A DNA stretch of 64,000 nt from a virus (Duplodnaviria > Heunggongvirae > Uroviricota > Caudoviricetes), in the IMG/VR virus record IMGVR_UViG_3300029922_000040; one strand, written 5' to 3'. The translations under genes were made by a program, and so were the position numbers. The notes below the pieces were generated by a model. The model did not search any database. It was not told the origin of the DNA and saw only the letters and a program-made list of their open reading frames with translations. Below, piece after piece: positions 44,270-54,741 of the stretch. How positions within the stretch are numbered: position 1 is the stretch's first letter; each line of letters opens with the position of its first letter.

Positions 44270-44579
44270 CCTTATCAAGCCCAACTGGTTTGTAAACCTC
44301 TATGAGAAGCCCGGACAGACAGAGTATGAAATTGGACCCATCGGGTTCCCGGATGGCGTCGTCAAGGTTTTGCGTCAATTCGTCTTGAATATCCTTGTGG
44401 AGCAGCCGCAAGGCACCGACCTTCCCGGCCTGAGCGATGAGGATAAGCGGCAGATTGCCGAACTGGTCGTCCTCGCTCCGAAGATGTTTGAAACTCTGCT
44501 GGAGATTGACCAGCGGGGCATGACAAGTGACCTCGGCTATCGCATTGATGCGTTCCGCCGTCAAATTGGTGATGAATGA
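44253..44579 (+). CDS. hypothetical protein (108 aa)
   Basis: ORF. Confidence 0.5.
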   Translation: MMPLSNLIKPNWFVNLYEKPGQTEYEIGPIGFPDGVVKVLRQFVLNILVEQPQGTDLPGLSDEDKRQIAELVVLAPKMFETLLEIDQRGMTSDLGYRIDAFRRQIGDE

Positions 44580-44736
44580 ACCCACTGGAAGCTCTCAACT
44601 TCCCTGTGGTCTGCACCTACCCCGGCTGTGAGTCGGGGTTGCTCCACAATGCCATTGAAGTTGACGAGCACATCAGCGAGGAGCATCTGCTTGAGGCTGT
44701 CTGGACTTTCGCTCATGAACACATGGAAGGAAACGC

Positions 44737-45084
44737 ATGAATCAAGTTACGTTAAATCGTCAAGACCTGATTGCCAAACTCGAATGGATACTATGGGAGA
44801 ATGACCACCCCACAGTCGAGAAGCCTGACCTTGTGAGTGTAATCGCTGTCTCCCTGCCAACCGACAAGTACACCGATGAGGAATTGGTTAAGCTCGTGGA
44901 ATTTGCCGAGGAGCGCAACGCCATATACGACCGAATGTTTCGGTATCGTCGTGGTTGCAACATGATTGTCATCGACAAGCAGGGCGAGGATAGGTGGCTC
45001 CGCAAGCGTATGAGTTGGGAATATGGCCCAATGTTCTCGCCTTCATTGGATGAAGCCCTCGCAATATTCAGGAGAGGGATATGA
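44737..45084 (+). CDS. hypothetical protein (115 aa)
   Basis: ORF. Confidence 0.5.
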   Translation: MNQVTLNRQDLIAKLEWILWENDHPTVEKPDLVSVIAVSLPTDKYTDEELVKLVEFAEERNAIYDRMFRYRRGCNMIVIDKQGEDRWLRKRMSWEYGPMFSPSLDEALAIFRRGI

Positions 45085-45241
45085 TTTTCACTCCCGTGGA
45101 AAAGCAAATCATCATCGACGCTCTTAATGAGCAGATTGAATCCGACCGTAAGATTGCAAAAAAGAACCCCGGCACGGCTGGGTACGCCGCTCGAAATATT
45201 GAGCGTCGTGAGGAACTCATCAAGAAAGTGGAGAGTCTCTG

Positions 45242-45979
45242 ATGCCTAAAAAAGGGGACGAAGTTAAGGGCACGAAGAAAATGCCTCGGGTGCCTAAGAA
45301 GAAGGTTGTAACACCAGCCTCCATCGATGCAGAAATTGCTAAGCTTCAAGTGCAATGGGGTGAAGTCCGTGCTGCGTTGGCCCCGCTAGAAGAGAAGGCT
45401 TCCCGGCTGTACAACCGGGTAGCAAAGCTGACCGAACAGAGAGATAAACTGATACTTTCCAAGGGAAAGGGAATTGACTGGGCGTGGCTGCTTAATACCT
45501 ACCCCGAGTCCACCGCCAAGCACAATTTCCGTCGTGAGCAGTTCCGCAAGCTGGGTTTGATGGACCCATTCGGGCATTGGATGGACACCAAGCAAACTGC
45601 TGTGAAAATCGGTCTTGATAAACAGAACTCGAAGACATTCCATTGGCGCAACGATAAGCAGCTTAAGGCAGTCCAGAAGCTCCTGCCTTTCATCAAAGTT
45701 GGAGATAAAGGCTGCAAGAGGATTGACATCTTCGAGCACACCTTGTCGGCGAGCGGCAGCTACTGGCTGGAGTTCTACGAGGCTCCGCGTGATGTCAAGA
45801 GTAACCCCAAGGGGTATGAGTATTGCATCCAACTTGGACAGAGCTTCGGAAAGCCGGTGCGGTTTAACACCATCGAGGAAGCGTTCGAGTACGTGAGAAA
45901 GCACCACTGGTATGAGTCGAGCGACCCGGATGATTACGAACACGACCACGATTGTGATTGTTCACACTGCGAGGACTAA
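45242..45979 (+). CDS. hypothetical protein (245 aa) with a C-terminal HDHDCDCSHC motif
   Basis: ORF. Confidence 0.6.
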   Translation: MPKKGDEVKGTKKMPRVPKKKVVTPASIDAEIAKLQVQWGEVRAALAPLEEKASRLYNRVAKLTEQRDKLILSKGKGIDWAWLLNTYPESTAKHNFRREQFRKLGLMDPFGHWMDTKQTAVKIGLDKQNSKTFHWRNDKQLKAVQKLLPFIKVGDKGCKRIDIFEHTLSASGSYWLEFYEAPRDVKSNPKGYEYCIQLGQSFGKPVRFNTIEEAFEYVRKHHWYESSDPDDYEHDHDCDCSHCED

Positions 45980-46160
45980 TTCATGGAACAGAAAGGATAA
46001 CGTGGAAAACATCGCAATGGGGAGAGCACCGGAATATGGAAGACTTGGTTGTCCTTGCCCTCGGCCTGAAGTTGGGTGACTACCTACTACCCCGCGAGGT
46101 ATGGTCGTCGTTTCCGGGTAGGATGCCCTATGTTGTATTCGATGTCTCTCAGGAGTCCTG

Positions 46161-46370
46161 ATGAATGACGGTTGGGTTAGTGTGTATCAAGAAGTCCCTG
46201 CTGCCGGTCAAACGGTTGAGATTTGCGTTGGCAATAGCCCTACTGCCATCGAAGGAGGAATTCAGGGAGTGTGCAAAGTGAAGGTCTCTCCCCCTCTCGG
46301 GGAGGATTGGATATTCACAGGGCGAAGCGGTGAAAAACAGTACATTCTGTATTGGCGAAGAGTGCAGTAA
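46161..46370 (+). CDS. small hypothetical protein
   Basis: ORF. Confidence 0.4.
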   Translation: MNDGWVSVYQEVPAAGQTVEICVGNSPTAIEGGIQGVCKVKVSPPLGEDWIFTGRSGEKQYILYWRRVQ

Positions 46371-46385
46371 AAGAGGAGAAAACGA

Positions 46386-46754
46386 ATGTCAATGTCAACA
46401 CACATCGTAGGCTTTCGTCCACCGGACGAAAAATGGCATCAAATGAAAGCTATTTATGATGCTTGCACCAAAGCGGAAGTGAAAATACCTGATGAGGTCG
46501 ATGAATTCTTCAACTTCGAACCACCTGACCATCAAGGCGTGAAAGTGGATTTAGAAGTGGACGAGGTAGATGAGCCTCAGTTCACAATCAACGGCGGAGG
46601 TTTCAAGGTACCTGCCCCGCCATCAAACAAGCCCAAGAAAAAGAAGCTTGGTGCTGTGACACCGTGGCGTGATGACATGCAGGAGGGCTTCGAGGTCGAT
46701 GTGACCAAACTGCCCAAAAATATCACTGTCATTCGCTTCTACAACTCGTGGTGA
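46386..46754 (+). CDS. hypothetical protein (122 aa)
   Basis: ORF. Confidence 0.5.
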   Translation: MSMSTHIVGFRPPDEKWHQMKAIYDACTKAEVKIPDEVDEFFNFEPPDHQGVKVDLEVDEVDEPQFTINGGGFKVPAPPSNKPKKKKLGAVTPWRDDMQEGFEVDVTKLPKNITVIRFYNSW

Positions 46755-47045
46755 GGTCATGACCAAGAAAAAGAAAGGCACGTTCTCAAAAGTCACGCAG
46801 GTCAAAAAAATGTCCCGTGAGGCCATCGGAGTCGTGCCTTCCACCAAAGTGGTGCCTCAGGGAGTTGACCGGGCGACCAAGGGTATTGTAAAACATCCAA
46901 AGAGAGCGTTGGAGAAAGAGTTGGAATCATGAAAAAGACGGTGAAGAAATCGGCTGTGACACCACCACCAAGACCACAGCCGAAACCTGTTGACCTGCTT
47001 CACATCAAACCGAACCCACACCTGTCGTGCTTGTATCAGGGGTAG

Positions 47046-48056
47046 TTACCAGCGGTAGATGGTTAGTTGACGAGCATAAACAGTGATGGGAAGTCCTGTG
47101 CTTTGAGCCGGGTCGATCTGGAAATTTACCACCAAAGCACCCATTGCCCATTTCAAAGCCTGCTCCTCGAAGGTGGTCGTGTTGATTTCGTTGACCACGC
47201 CGTCGAATGCCACCCAGTGATAGGTCACACTCCCCAAATCATCACGAGACGTGTAAATCTGAACGTGATGCCATGTGTTGGCTGTCCAGTTCTTCACGTT
47301 GCACGGAAGCTTTGAGGGCACCCACTTCGGTGCCAACGCTCCGCCATTGTTGGAAACGTAGGAATAATCCCACGTGCTAGACCATTTAGAACACTGGAAC
47401 GCATAGATTACAGTGTTTCCGTTAGTTGTCACCTGATTCATGTCCAGTTCAAGGTTGCCGACCAGTGATGGTGTCGGAACCTGTATCCACACGTCATAGA
47501 TGAAATTGTGGCTGGAAGTGTCCTTGGCAAAGTTAATGGAGCAACGCTCTCCTCCATAATTTGAGTAGCTAGTGACCTCATACTTCTGCACATCGGTGTA
47601 CCCACCCTCCGTAACCGGGTAGGTCATGACTGCTGTGGATGAGCCACTGGTGCCTAAGTCGTGCTGACACTTCCATAACGAGTTTCCAGTAAGATTACCC
47701 GAAGAGATTGCATAAGACGGGATAAGAGAAACCGGAGGCTTGACCACGATGAGGTTGATGTCGTTAACGCATACGGTACCCTTGCCCCACGCTTTGATAC
47801 GCAGTGTATGGCTTCCCGCACTTATAGTTGCTTCTTCGTTCAGAGCTTGACCAGCTTTGGCCATCACGGTCGGCAATGAATCGAATGAGTAGCCCATCGA
47901 CACAACTGGCTTACCATTGCACGAGGTTGCAGTGGCTGCGATGGGGAATGTGGTCTGCACTGTGGCAGCGTTCTGTGGAGTGGATACTGAAACTGCCATT
48001 GTAGAAAGAGAGGATAGAAAAAGAGATACAACTGTAAACAACTTTAAGAACCGCAT
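47046..48056 (-). CDS. secreted (signal-peptide) protein, likely virion or host-interaction associated
   Basis: Start MRFLKLFTVVSLFLSSLSTMA with an aaggag SD; the ORF track's longer start at 48089 is rejected. Confidence 0.6.
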   Translation of the reverse strand: MRFLKLFTVVSLFLSSLSTMAVSVSTPQNAATVQTTFPIAATATSCNGKPVVSMGYSFDSLPTVMAKAGQALNEEATISAGSHTLRIKAWGKGTVCVNDINLIVVKPPVSLIPSYAISSGNLTGNSLWKCQHDLGTSGSSTAVMTYPVTEGGYTDVQKYEVTSYSNYGGERCSINFAKDTSSHNFIYDVWIQVPTPSLVGNLELDMNQVTTNGNTVIYAFQCSKWSSTWDYSYVSNNGGALAPKWVPSKLPCNVKNWTANTWHHVQIYTSRDDLGSVTYHWVAFDGVVNEINTTTFEEQALKWAMGALVVNFQIDPAQSTGLPITVYARQLTIYRW

Positions 48057-48111
48057 TTTTACTGCTCCTTGGGTCTTTCTATCGTTCACATATGAGTTCC
48101 GTATTTAGATG

Positions 48112-48648
48112 TTATAGTGGTTGTAGCCACAGCTTTATAGGGTGGTTGTAGCCACAGCTTTGAGTGTTGCCTGATTTTAGCGAACCCGTCCGGACAGTGG
48201 TGTACCGGCCACATACACAGCGGCACTTCCATTGCTTCTGGCTCCGGTAATGCTCAGCTTCTGACTCGACCGTGAGATGCCCAAAGGTCTGGCCGATGAG
48301 TTCTCGTTGAGCCCACCGCTGTTTACCAGCTTCGCTGATGAGACACCCACAGCTACGTATGTTTCCACTTTTGAGGGCAGAGGTTGTGACTCTAGATGTG
48401 TTGCCACACTCACACTGACAGTTCCAAAGCTTCTTACCCCTCCGCAAGGGTGCCTTGGATACGACCGTTAGTCGGTTGAATACTTGTCCGGGTGTAAGTT
48501 CTTGACTGTCCCAGTATCTCTTGTTACCGGCGTGCCATGCAGCCTTCATTGCATCGGTGAACAGGCCTGTATAACCTTCTCCACCCTTGCAGATGTTGTA
48601 GCCAACCTCGGTATCTTTTCGTTCATCAGCGGTTCGCACGCGACACAA
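48112..48648 (-). CDS. protein with two copies of a Cys module (W.C.C.CG...LKSGN..SCGC) related to the module in the 13886 gene; start uncertain
   Basis: LTVVSKAPLRRGKKLWNCQCECGNTSRVTTSALKSGNIRSCGCL and LTVESEAEHYRSQKQWKCRCVCGRYTTVRTGSLKSGNTQSCGY. Confidence 0.45.
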   Translation of the reverse strand: MCRVRTADERKDTEVGYNICKGGEGYTGLFTDAMKAAWHAGNKRYWDSQELTPGQVFNRLTVVSKAPLRRGKKLWNCQCECGNTSRVTTSALKSGNIRSCGCLISEAGKQRWAQRELIGQTFGHLTVESEAEHYRSQKQWKCRCVCGRYTTVRTGSLKSGNTQSCGYNHPIKLWLQPL

Positions 48649-49366
48649 ACATGTGGCCGAAGTTCGGGTCTTCTATGTCCATACGGAACTGGCCGAGGAT
48701 GCCGGGATCACTGCGATAAAGGTGACCCATCTTCTGCGCTTTGCGTTTAGAGAAGCCGACGCCGACCGCGCTCACCTTATCAATTAGACTATGCACCCAA
48801 GCTGCTGTAGCTGCTTCCTTGCCGTCCTTGGAGTCCATGAGGGCCTTGGATGCCCGTGACATCGCTCGACGCACGTCAGGTCGGTGTAGGCCGAAATGGA
48901 GGGCTACCTGTTGAAAGTTTCGGCACCTGACATACTCCATAATGACTTTAGATAGGGGAGCTTTATCCAGTGAATTTTCCAACCCCGCTTTGTCTAAAAC
49001 CTCATGCAGTAGTTCTTCGGTGGGCTCTCCGCCGACCAGCATAAACGTCCCCAAAGTTCTGACTGCCATCCTGATACGGAAGCTGCATACTGTTTGAGTT
49101 GACTTATGTATGATGGCTAGGGTGTTTTGCGTCTTGCTAAGAAGGTAGTAACTGAGCAATAACTCCTGATCCTCTCTTTTTAAGAATCTAAGTGTCTTTA
49201 AAAAACGGTCAAAGTTCTCTCCAATGAAACTCAAAATATCATCTTCGGCCAAGTCGGCCTGAGTTTCAAGACTAATAGTTGTAGCCCCTTCTAGCTGTTC
49301 GTCCTCGTCCAGAAGCATTGCCCGAATCGAAGTGATGCTTTCAAAATACGGTGTGTTTTCGCTCAT
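48626..49366 (-). CDS. sigma-70 region-4-like HTH protein (candidate phage sigma factor or transcription regulator)
   Basis: DQELLLSYYLLSKTQNTLAIIHKSTQTVCSFRIRMAVRTL matches the region-4 pattern. Confidence 0.45.
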   Translation of the reverse strand: MSENTPYFESITSIRAMLLDEDEQLEGATTISLETQADLAEDDILSFIGENFDRFLKTLRFLKREDQELLLSYYLLSKTQNTLAIIHKSTQTVCSFRIRMAVRTLGTFMLVGGEPTEELLHEVLDKAGLENSLDKAPLSKVIMEYVRCRNFQQVALHFGLHRPDVRRAMSRASKALMDSKDGKEAATAAWVHSLIDKVSAVGVGFSKRKAQKMGHLYRSDPGILGQFRMDIEDPNFGHMFVSRANR

Positions 49367-49485
49367 TTTCCCATTCTTATTGACAAATTTTAGATTTGTG
49401 GTAATCTACGTATAAGGCAGCGTGTGTCTTGAACCGCCTCGTACTGTACCTTAATACTGAGGTAAGAGTACCTTTGAGCAATAAA

Positions 49486-49512
49486 AAAGCGGCCTTGTGG
49501 GCCGCTTTTTTC
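49486..49512 (-). terminator. terminator hairpin (gcggcc-ttgtg-ggccgc) flanked by A and T runs; serves the minus-strand gene upstream
   Basis: aaaaaagcggccttgtgggccgcttttttc. Confidence 0.55.
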
Positions 49513-49531
49513 AGTTGTACCGTAGTGTGGT

Positions 49532-50512
49532 TTAGCTGTGCTTCAGAGCGAGGATGCTTACACCGATGTTGTAGCGACCCGGATTGACAAACCCCGGCTG
49601 GTAACCCCCTGTAGGGAGCAACGCTGGTCCGCCAACCGCAGTGCCTGTATCTACACCGCTGCTCACGTTAGCATGAGTGAAGGCTGCGGTAAAGGTTGAA
49701 CCAGTGGAACCTGTTACTGTCACAGTCTGGCCGTTCAGAAAGGTGTTCGTGGTAAGACCTGCAAGCAGGACTGTAGCCCCTGTCTGGAGGGTGTTAGTTC
49801 CAGTGACTGTCAACACATTTGAAGTGATAGCAATATCAGCAATGGTGACCGTCTGAGAAGCAATGGAGCCACCAGTAAGGAACCCGCTGACGTGGTAGTC
49901 ATTCGCAGTGCCGTTGATTCGACCGGAGTCAAGAAGGGTGAAACCAGAGGGAACAGAAATGGAACCTGTCTTACGAGCGTGCCCAACAAGGAAAACCAAA
50001 TCGCCAGTTGCAGTAGTAGTGATGGAGGGGGCTACGGCAGGGTTAGCATTAGACTCTTGACTGTTATGTCCGTCGAGAGGGCTGGTGGAGATGCCAGAGA
50101 ACTCATACACCTGAGCATTGAGCCCATGATTAAAGGTCGGTCTTCCTGTAACATCAGCAACAGTGACGTTGAAATACTGATTACCGCCAGCGACGTTTGC
50201 CGCATAGTAAAGATAGGTAGTCGAGTAGTAACCAAGGTCGCCGTCAAAATTGATGAGGCTGTCAATGATCGAGAATGTGTTGCCAAGGTTATCCTTAACA
50301 ACTGGAGGGGCGGTTACAAGAGTTGAACCGTCGATACGATCTGCCCCAGCAGCCATCTGAGTAACGCTGAAAGGATCGGTAACTTTAGCAGCCTCAATTG
50401 CGATGACGAGGCAGTTACCTGCCGTTGCCGTGGTAGGTAATGCCACCTGAAGTGCATTGGTAGCATAGACAACCGAGTTTTTGCCTTTTTGAACCAGTGT
50501 TGGAATTGCCAT
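49532..50512 (-). CDS. Thr/Gly/Asn-rich beta-rich structural protein (tail-fibre or receptor-binding-like)
   Basis: Start MAIPTLV with an aaggagac SD; composition typical of fibre proteins. Confidence 0.6.
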   Translation of the reverse strand: MAIPTLVQKGKNSVVYATNALQVALPTTATAGNCLVIAIEAAKVTDPFSVTQMAAGADRIDGSTLVTAPPVVKDNLGNTFSIIDSLINFDGDLGYYSTTYLYYAANVAGGNQYFNVTVADVTGRPTFNHGLNAQVYEFSGISTSPLDGHNSQESNANPAVAPSITTTATGDLVFLVGHARKTGSISVPSGFTLLDSGRINGTANDYHVSGFLTGGSIASQTVTIADIAITSNVLTVTGTNTLQTGATVLLAGLTTNTFLNGQTVTVTGSTGSTFTAAFTHANVSSGVDTGTAVGGPALLPTGGYQPGFVNPGRYNIGVSILALKHS

Positions 50513-50733
50513 AGTAGTCTCCTTACAGTGCCCAAACGGCACAGTCTCTATTTAGGTTTATGAAAGTTCAAATAGTGTATGGCCGATTGTAAATTATTGA
50601 TGCTTTCCTGCCTTAAGGCTACACTTGCCAAAATTATTAGGTGGCGACCCATGTTATTGATTCGCCGTCTGACCCGCCACCCTTAATACCTAAGCCGAAC
50701 ACGAGTCCGACTACATCAGTTGACCGGCGAAAC

Positions 50734-51525
50734 TTATGCACTCTGCCCGAACAGATAAGCCTTGGTGACCATGGTGTTAGCTGTACTGTCCTTGCAGACA
50801 CGAATGAAATTCCAGATAAGGCCAGAGGGATTGATGATAGCCCCGGCAGAAGTTACAAGCACCTGAGTTTGAGTTAGGGCTGATGGTGCTGAATAGCTCC
50901 CCGCAGCCAAGTTGCTAGTAAGGTTGATTCCCGACGCTGCTTGTGCCGATGTATTTGACCCCGGCAACGCTTTCCCGGCTGTGCTCAAACCCCAGTTTGT
51001 AAGAATGAAGCTTTGACCAAAGCCTCGCGGGGCGACGATCACATTGTCTTCCAGATTTTGTAAGGTCTCTGTACCCGAAGCTGTGCTGATGTAGGTGTTC
51101 CATCCAACCGATACCTTATTGGTGTCCTGAGCCGGTGGGGCAACTACCAAGAGGTTGCCAGCGGTAACGAGCAGACTTGTCTCTGTGCTGGCGGTGGTCT
51201 CGCCAGTCGTAGTCACAGTCGTCCCGCCCGTGGGATTAAGACTGTTAGGTGTTACAAAAGTGTTCTTCACATAATAAGTGGTGTTAGTCGGCACACCTAC
51301 AATGTGACTGTCTGTTGTCGGGGTGTACTGAGAAAGCACAGGAGCCGCAGGAGCCGAGATAGTGGCACCGTCAGTCAATACGTTGGGGTCGTTTGAAACT
51401 TCCACCCATACGTTTCCTTCCAGCCCGGTGACTTCCAGACTGAAGTTAATCCAGTTTTGAATATTTCTCCAGCTTCCGTTCAGTGCGGCTTGTGAGGAGA
51501 AAATTTGATTATTGGCCGTTAACAT
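50734..51525 (-). CDS. Thr/Gly/Asn-rich structural protein (tail-fibre-like)
   Basis: ORF; composition. Confidence 0.6.
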   Translation of the reverse strand: MLTANNQIFSSQAALNGSWRNIQNWINFSLEVTGLEGNVWVEVSNDPNVLTDGATISAPAAPVLSQYTPTTDSHIVGVPTNTTYYVKNTFVTPNSLNPTGGTTVTTTGETTASTETSLLVTAGNLLVVAPPAQDTNKVSVGWNTYISTASGTETLQNLEDNVIVAPRGFGQSFILTNWGLSTAGKALPGSNTSAQAASGINLTSNLAAGSYSAPSALTQTQVLVTSAGAIINPSGLIWNFIRVCKDSTANTMVTKAYLFGQSA

Positions 51526-51576
51526 AGAAATAAACCTCTACTGAGGTATGAATAGTTGAAAAACTGAGTTTGCAAT

Positions 51577-51948
51577 TTGGGGTTATTACAGAGAATTTCA
51601 ACTATCACTCCTCTAGATAGAGGTATACGAGAAATGAAACTTCGTGCTGGTACATCATTCGGACTGGGTGGCTCAAAGACTACCGATTCAGTTTTCTCCA
51701 AAAATCACTTTTCAGAAGCTAAACTGTCTCCCGAGGTTCGTCAGAAGATAGCCAGTCTTGGGCTCATTCGAGTCGCAGGAAACCAGTTCGTCTGCGAGAG
51801 CACAAAGGATTTCTGGGCCGTTAAAGGAAATAAAGTGGTACGCCTCGTAGTTGACGAGGTGGATAATGGGGAATCTTTGCAGGCCGCTCCCTCTAGTAAT
51901 CCAGCTTCATTTCTAGCTGACATACTCGGAGACCTTTCGTTCGATTAA
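51577..51948 (+). CDS. hypothetical protein (123 aa)
   Basis: ORF at the strand switch. Confidence 0.45.
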   Translation: MGLLQRISTITPLDRGIREMKLRAGTSFGLGGSKTTDSVFSKNHFSEAKLSPEVRQKIASLGLIRVAGNQFVCESTKDFWAVKGNKVVRLVVDEVDNGESLQAAPSSNPASFLADILGDLSFD

Positions 51949-52137
51949 CATGCTTATCCGGCGAGAGCAGTCTAGCATCTGTGAACCCCACCGCGAGTTG
52001 ATTGAAGACTTGGTATCAAAAAAGGTTAGAGTGGCAAAAATTTACAGGGCGCTCGTATCTAATGGATTTCCCGGAGAAGCCTCATCTGTATACCGCTTTA
52101 TTAAGAAGGAGAAAGCAGCTTCGGCTGCGGCATAACT

Positions 52138-54741
52138 ATGGCTGATACACCCAAGTACGCAAATATTTTGGACGAGTTTCTTGATTCACGTGAGCCTGAT
52201 TGGAAAGACCTCGGGCTTAAAGATGCCAAATCTTCTGGAGACGAGTGGCTCGACCGCACACACGGTGAGGACGATGGCCTTCTCGATGAACTGGCCGGTG
52301 CTTCCAAGCACACGAACGTCCCTCCGACATCGAAAGGGGCCACTTTAACTAATCGTCTCATCGACAAAGAGAATGCTGCCCCTCGCCTCGGTTCCGGTCG
52401 TGCCACGTCTACACGTAATGCTTCGCACGCTGAGGACTATAAGAGTGCCATTGGTGACGACAACTCACTTCTTGATGAGGTCACTGAGTCCCTTGAAGCT
52501 GCGGAGAAGAGTGGCAAGGTAGAAAAGAAACACCGCTCTGATGGTGAGATTAAGAATTACGTCAAGCAGCTTCTCAATCAGGGTGTGACCCCGGCTAAGG
52601 TTGCTGCCCAGTTAAATAAATTGGCAGAAATTGAGCTATTCAATAAGTCGATGGCGACCCGCTATCTTCAGGACAACGCCGGTCTGGTTGGTATGGCTTA
52701 CCTTGAACCCAATACATTTCTCGATAAGTCGAACCCGAGCTACGAACGTACAGCGTCTAAGGAATGGCAACGGGGTGCGCTTGATCCTGTTTCAAAGGAA
52801 GCCGCTGCGGGGGCACAAAATTTAATGTACCAAATTCAGTTCACTAATGGAAATAGCTCTTCAGGTAGTTGTTCTTCTAAAGAAGAGTGCCTTGCACTCA
52901 TCAACCAAACTATTCGGGCTAATCCCGGTAACTTTGGTCGTCCTTCTGTACAAGAGGCGTGGTATCTTGGGGTGCGTGAACCACAAATGGGAAGCTTCCC
53001 TGACGCACAAAAGATTTACCCCCCCTCTGGGCAAGACAAGAAAGCCTCGCCCACACCCCATGAGAATGGTGTCAATGAACTAGTCAAGCGCATTCAACAG
53101 AAGGTCAAGGAACTTAAGGCTGACGGAGTTGTTGGGATGTCGCGGGATAATTTGAGGCAAGTAACCAATATCCGAGGGTTGAATTTTGCAAATCCAAACC
53201 ACTTCTACCGTTCCTTTGATGAAGCCATCGACAAGGCGGGTGTGCGGTCATTCGTAATTCCCAAGTCAGCCGCACCTCAAGAAGGCCATGTCGCGGCTCA
53301 AAGCAGTGAAGAGGCCAACCGTCTTATGGAACAACAGCGTCTCGGAGATGATTACAGCGATGACATAACAGGCAGAGCCGAAGATGATCCACGGGATGAG
53401 TATACCCCCGATACACAGGAGAACTGGGGCAAGGATAAGCGTGGTTCTCAGGATTGTGTACGTCAAGCTAAAGCGTGGAAGTCCGCAGGTATCAAGGTTC
53501 GCGCAAAGTCAGTCAAGCAAATCTCCGCGTGCGAAGGCTGTTCATACTTCAAAAAGAATGGCGGCACCAAGTCCTGCGGACTCTACGGTCTGCCTGTTGT
53601 TGGTAATACTGCCGAACTATCTGCTGTGGTCAACAAAATGACCGCAGGAGTCCCTGCCGAATCGAAGAGGGCTGCGTTGGTACAGATTGCCAACCGCCTT
53701 CCAGAACAGAACATTCCCAAGGCTGCATCTATTGAGGCACCGTTTGTGCGTCAGGCGGCTTTCACTAAGGAACGTCAGTACGGGTTCGTTGAATCCGACC
53801 ATCTTAGTGGTGAGCGTATTCAAAAGTTCCACGCCGCTGGTCACAGCCTGAAGACCATCTGTGCTGCGGCTGAAAAGAAGTTTGGAGCCCTTGAAACTTC
53901 GAAGGCTGTTCGCGAGTTTGTCGCCTCGCTCAGCAAAGAGAAGGGTAAGATTATTGTAGCTAAGGATGATGCTGACTACCTCAATAAAATTGGTATTCAC
54001 AATGAGGCCATCGTTGGTGCCGTCAAGTGTGCGTCTTGCAAGGTTCACAAGAATGCAGTGAAGGAGTTTGGCTGCAAAAATTGTGAACATGAAATGCGAG
54101 AACACAAAAACGGTAAGTGTGTACACTCTCCCAAAAACTGCAAATGCACAAGCTGGGAAAAAGTAGCTTCCACACCAAACGGGGTCACACGTGCTCCTGA
54201 TACTTTCGTTCAGGAGACACCGGCTCACGTTCGTTCCACACAGAAGCAAGCTGTTGCCAGCTTCGACTCCAGTAAAGTGGCTAAGCTGCACACAGCAGGG
54301 CACAGCGTAGAAACAATCTATAAGGCTGCAAGTAGTAAGTACGGTTCAGCACAAGCCAGCAAGGCAATTCGTGACTGGGCACACAACCTGAAGAACACCA
54401 ACACCAAGATTGCGTTGTCACAGATTGATTGCACAACGTTGAAGAAGATGGGGGTAAAGCTTTCAAGCCAAAATGCCATCATTGGTGCGGAGAAGTGTGG
54501 ATCATGCAGCTTCCGTAACGGTATGCATTGCGGGATGACTGGCGGAACGTTGCTCAGCTTCCCCGGCATGAACCAAATTACTTCTAACAAGAAAGTTGCC
54601 TCGGGTGCCCCGGAAGACGGTCGCTCGATGTTGAATGAATACGACCTGATGGGTAAATCCGCTCAGGCCGACATTGATATAACGGAACCTGAACGGGCTG
54701 AAATTCAAATGGGCTCGAAGATGGACGCAGGAGACATTTAA
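52138..54741 (+). CDS. large repeat-containing protein (867 aa), likely a virion internal or structural protein
   Basis: Three internal repeats of an approximately 90-aa unit (..HTAGHS.ETIYKAASSKYG..KAIRDW..). Confidence 0.7.
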   Translation: MADTPKYANILDEFLDSREPDWKDLGLKDAKSSGDEWLDRTHGEDDGLLDELAGASKHTNVPPTSKGATLTNRLIDKENAAPRLGSGRATSTRNASHAEDYKSAIGDDNSLLDEVTESLEAAEKSGKVEKKHRSDGEIKNYVKQLLNQGVTPAKVAAQLNKLAEIELFNKSMATRYLQDNAGLVGMAYLEPNTFLDKSNPSYERTASKEWQRGALDPVSKEAAAGAQNLMYQIQFTNGNSSSGSCSSKEECLALINQTIRANPGNFGRPSVQEAWYLGVREPQMGSFPDAQKIYPPSGQDKKASPTPHENGVNELVKRIQQKVKELKADGVVGMSRDNLRQVTNIRGLNFANPNHFYRSFDEAIDKAGVRSFVIPKSAAPQEGHVAAQSSEEANRLMEQQRLGDDYSDDITGRAEDDPRDEYTPDTQENWGKDKRGSQDCVRQAKAWKSAGIKVRAKSVKQISACEGCSYFKKNGGTKSCGLYGLPVVGNTAELSAVVNKMTAGVPAESKRAALVQIANRLPEQNIPKAASIEAPFVRQAAFTKERQYGFVESDHLSGERIQKFHAAGHSLKTICAAAEKKFGALETSKAVREFVASLSKEKGKIIVAKDDADYLNKIGIHNEAIVGAVKCASCKVHKNAVKEFGCKNCEHEMREHKNGKCVHSPKNCKCTSWEKVASTPNGVTRAPDTFVQETPAHVRSTQKQAVASFDSSKVAKLHTAGHSVETIYKAASSKYGSAQASKAIRDWAHNLKNTNTKIALSQIDCTTLKKMGVKLSSQNAIIGAEKCGSCSFRNGMHCGMTGGTLLSFPGMNQITSNKKVASGAPEDGRSMLNEYDLMGKSAQADIDITEPERAEIQMGSKMDAGDI

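Noticed and set aside
47046-48089. ORF-track start at 48089 for the secreted protein
   Set aside because: An internal Met at 48056 carries an aaggag SD and begins a canonical signal peptide.
49370-49400. TTGACA...TAATCT promoter-like sequence on the + strand
   Set aside because: There is no + strand gene for more than 2 kb downstream, and it lies inside the leader of a minus-strand gene.
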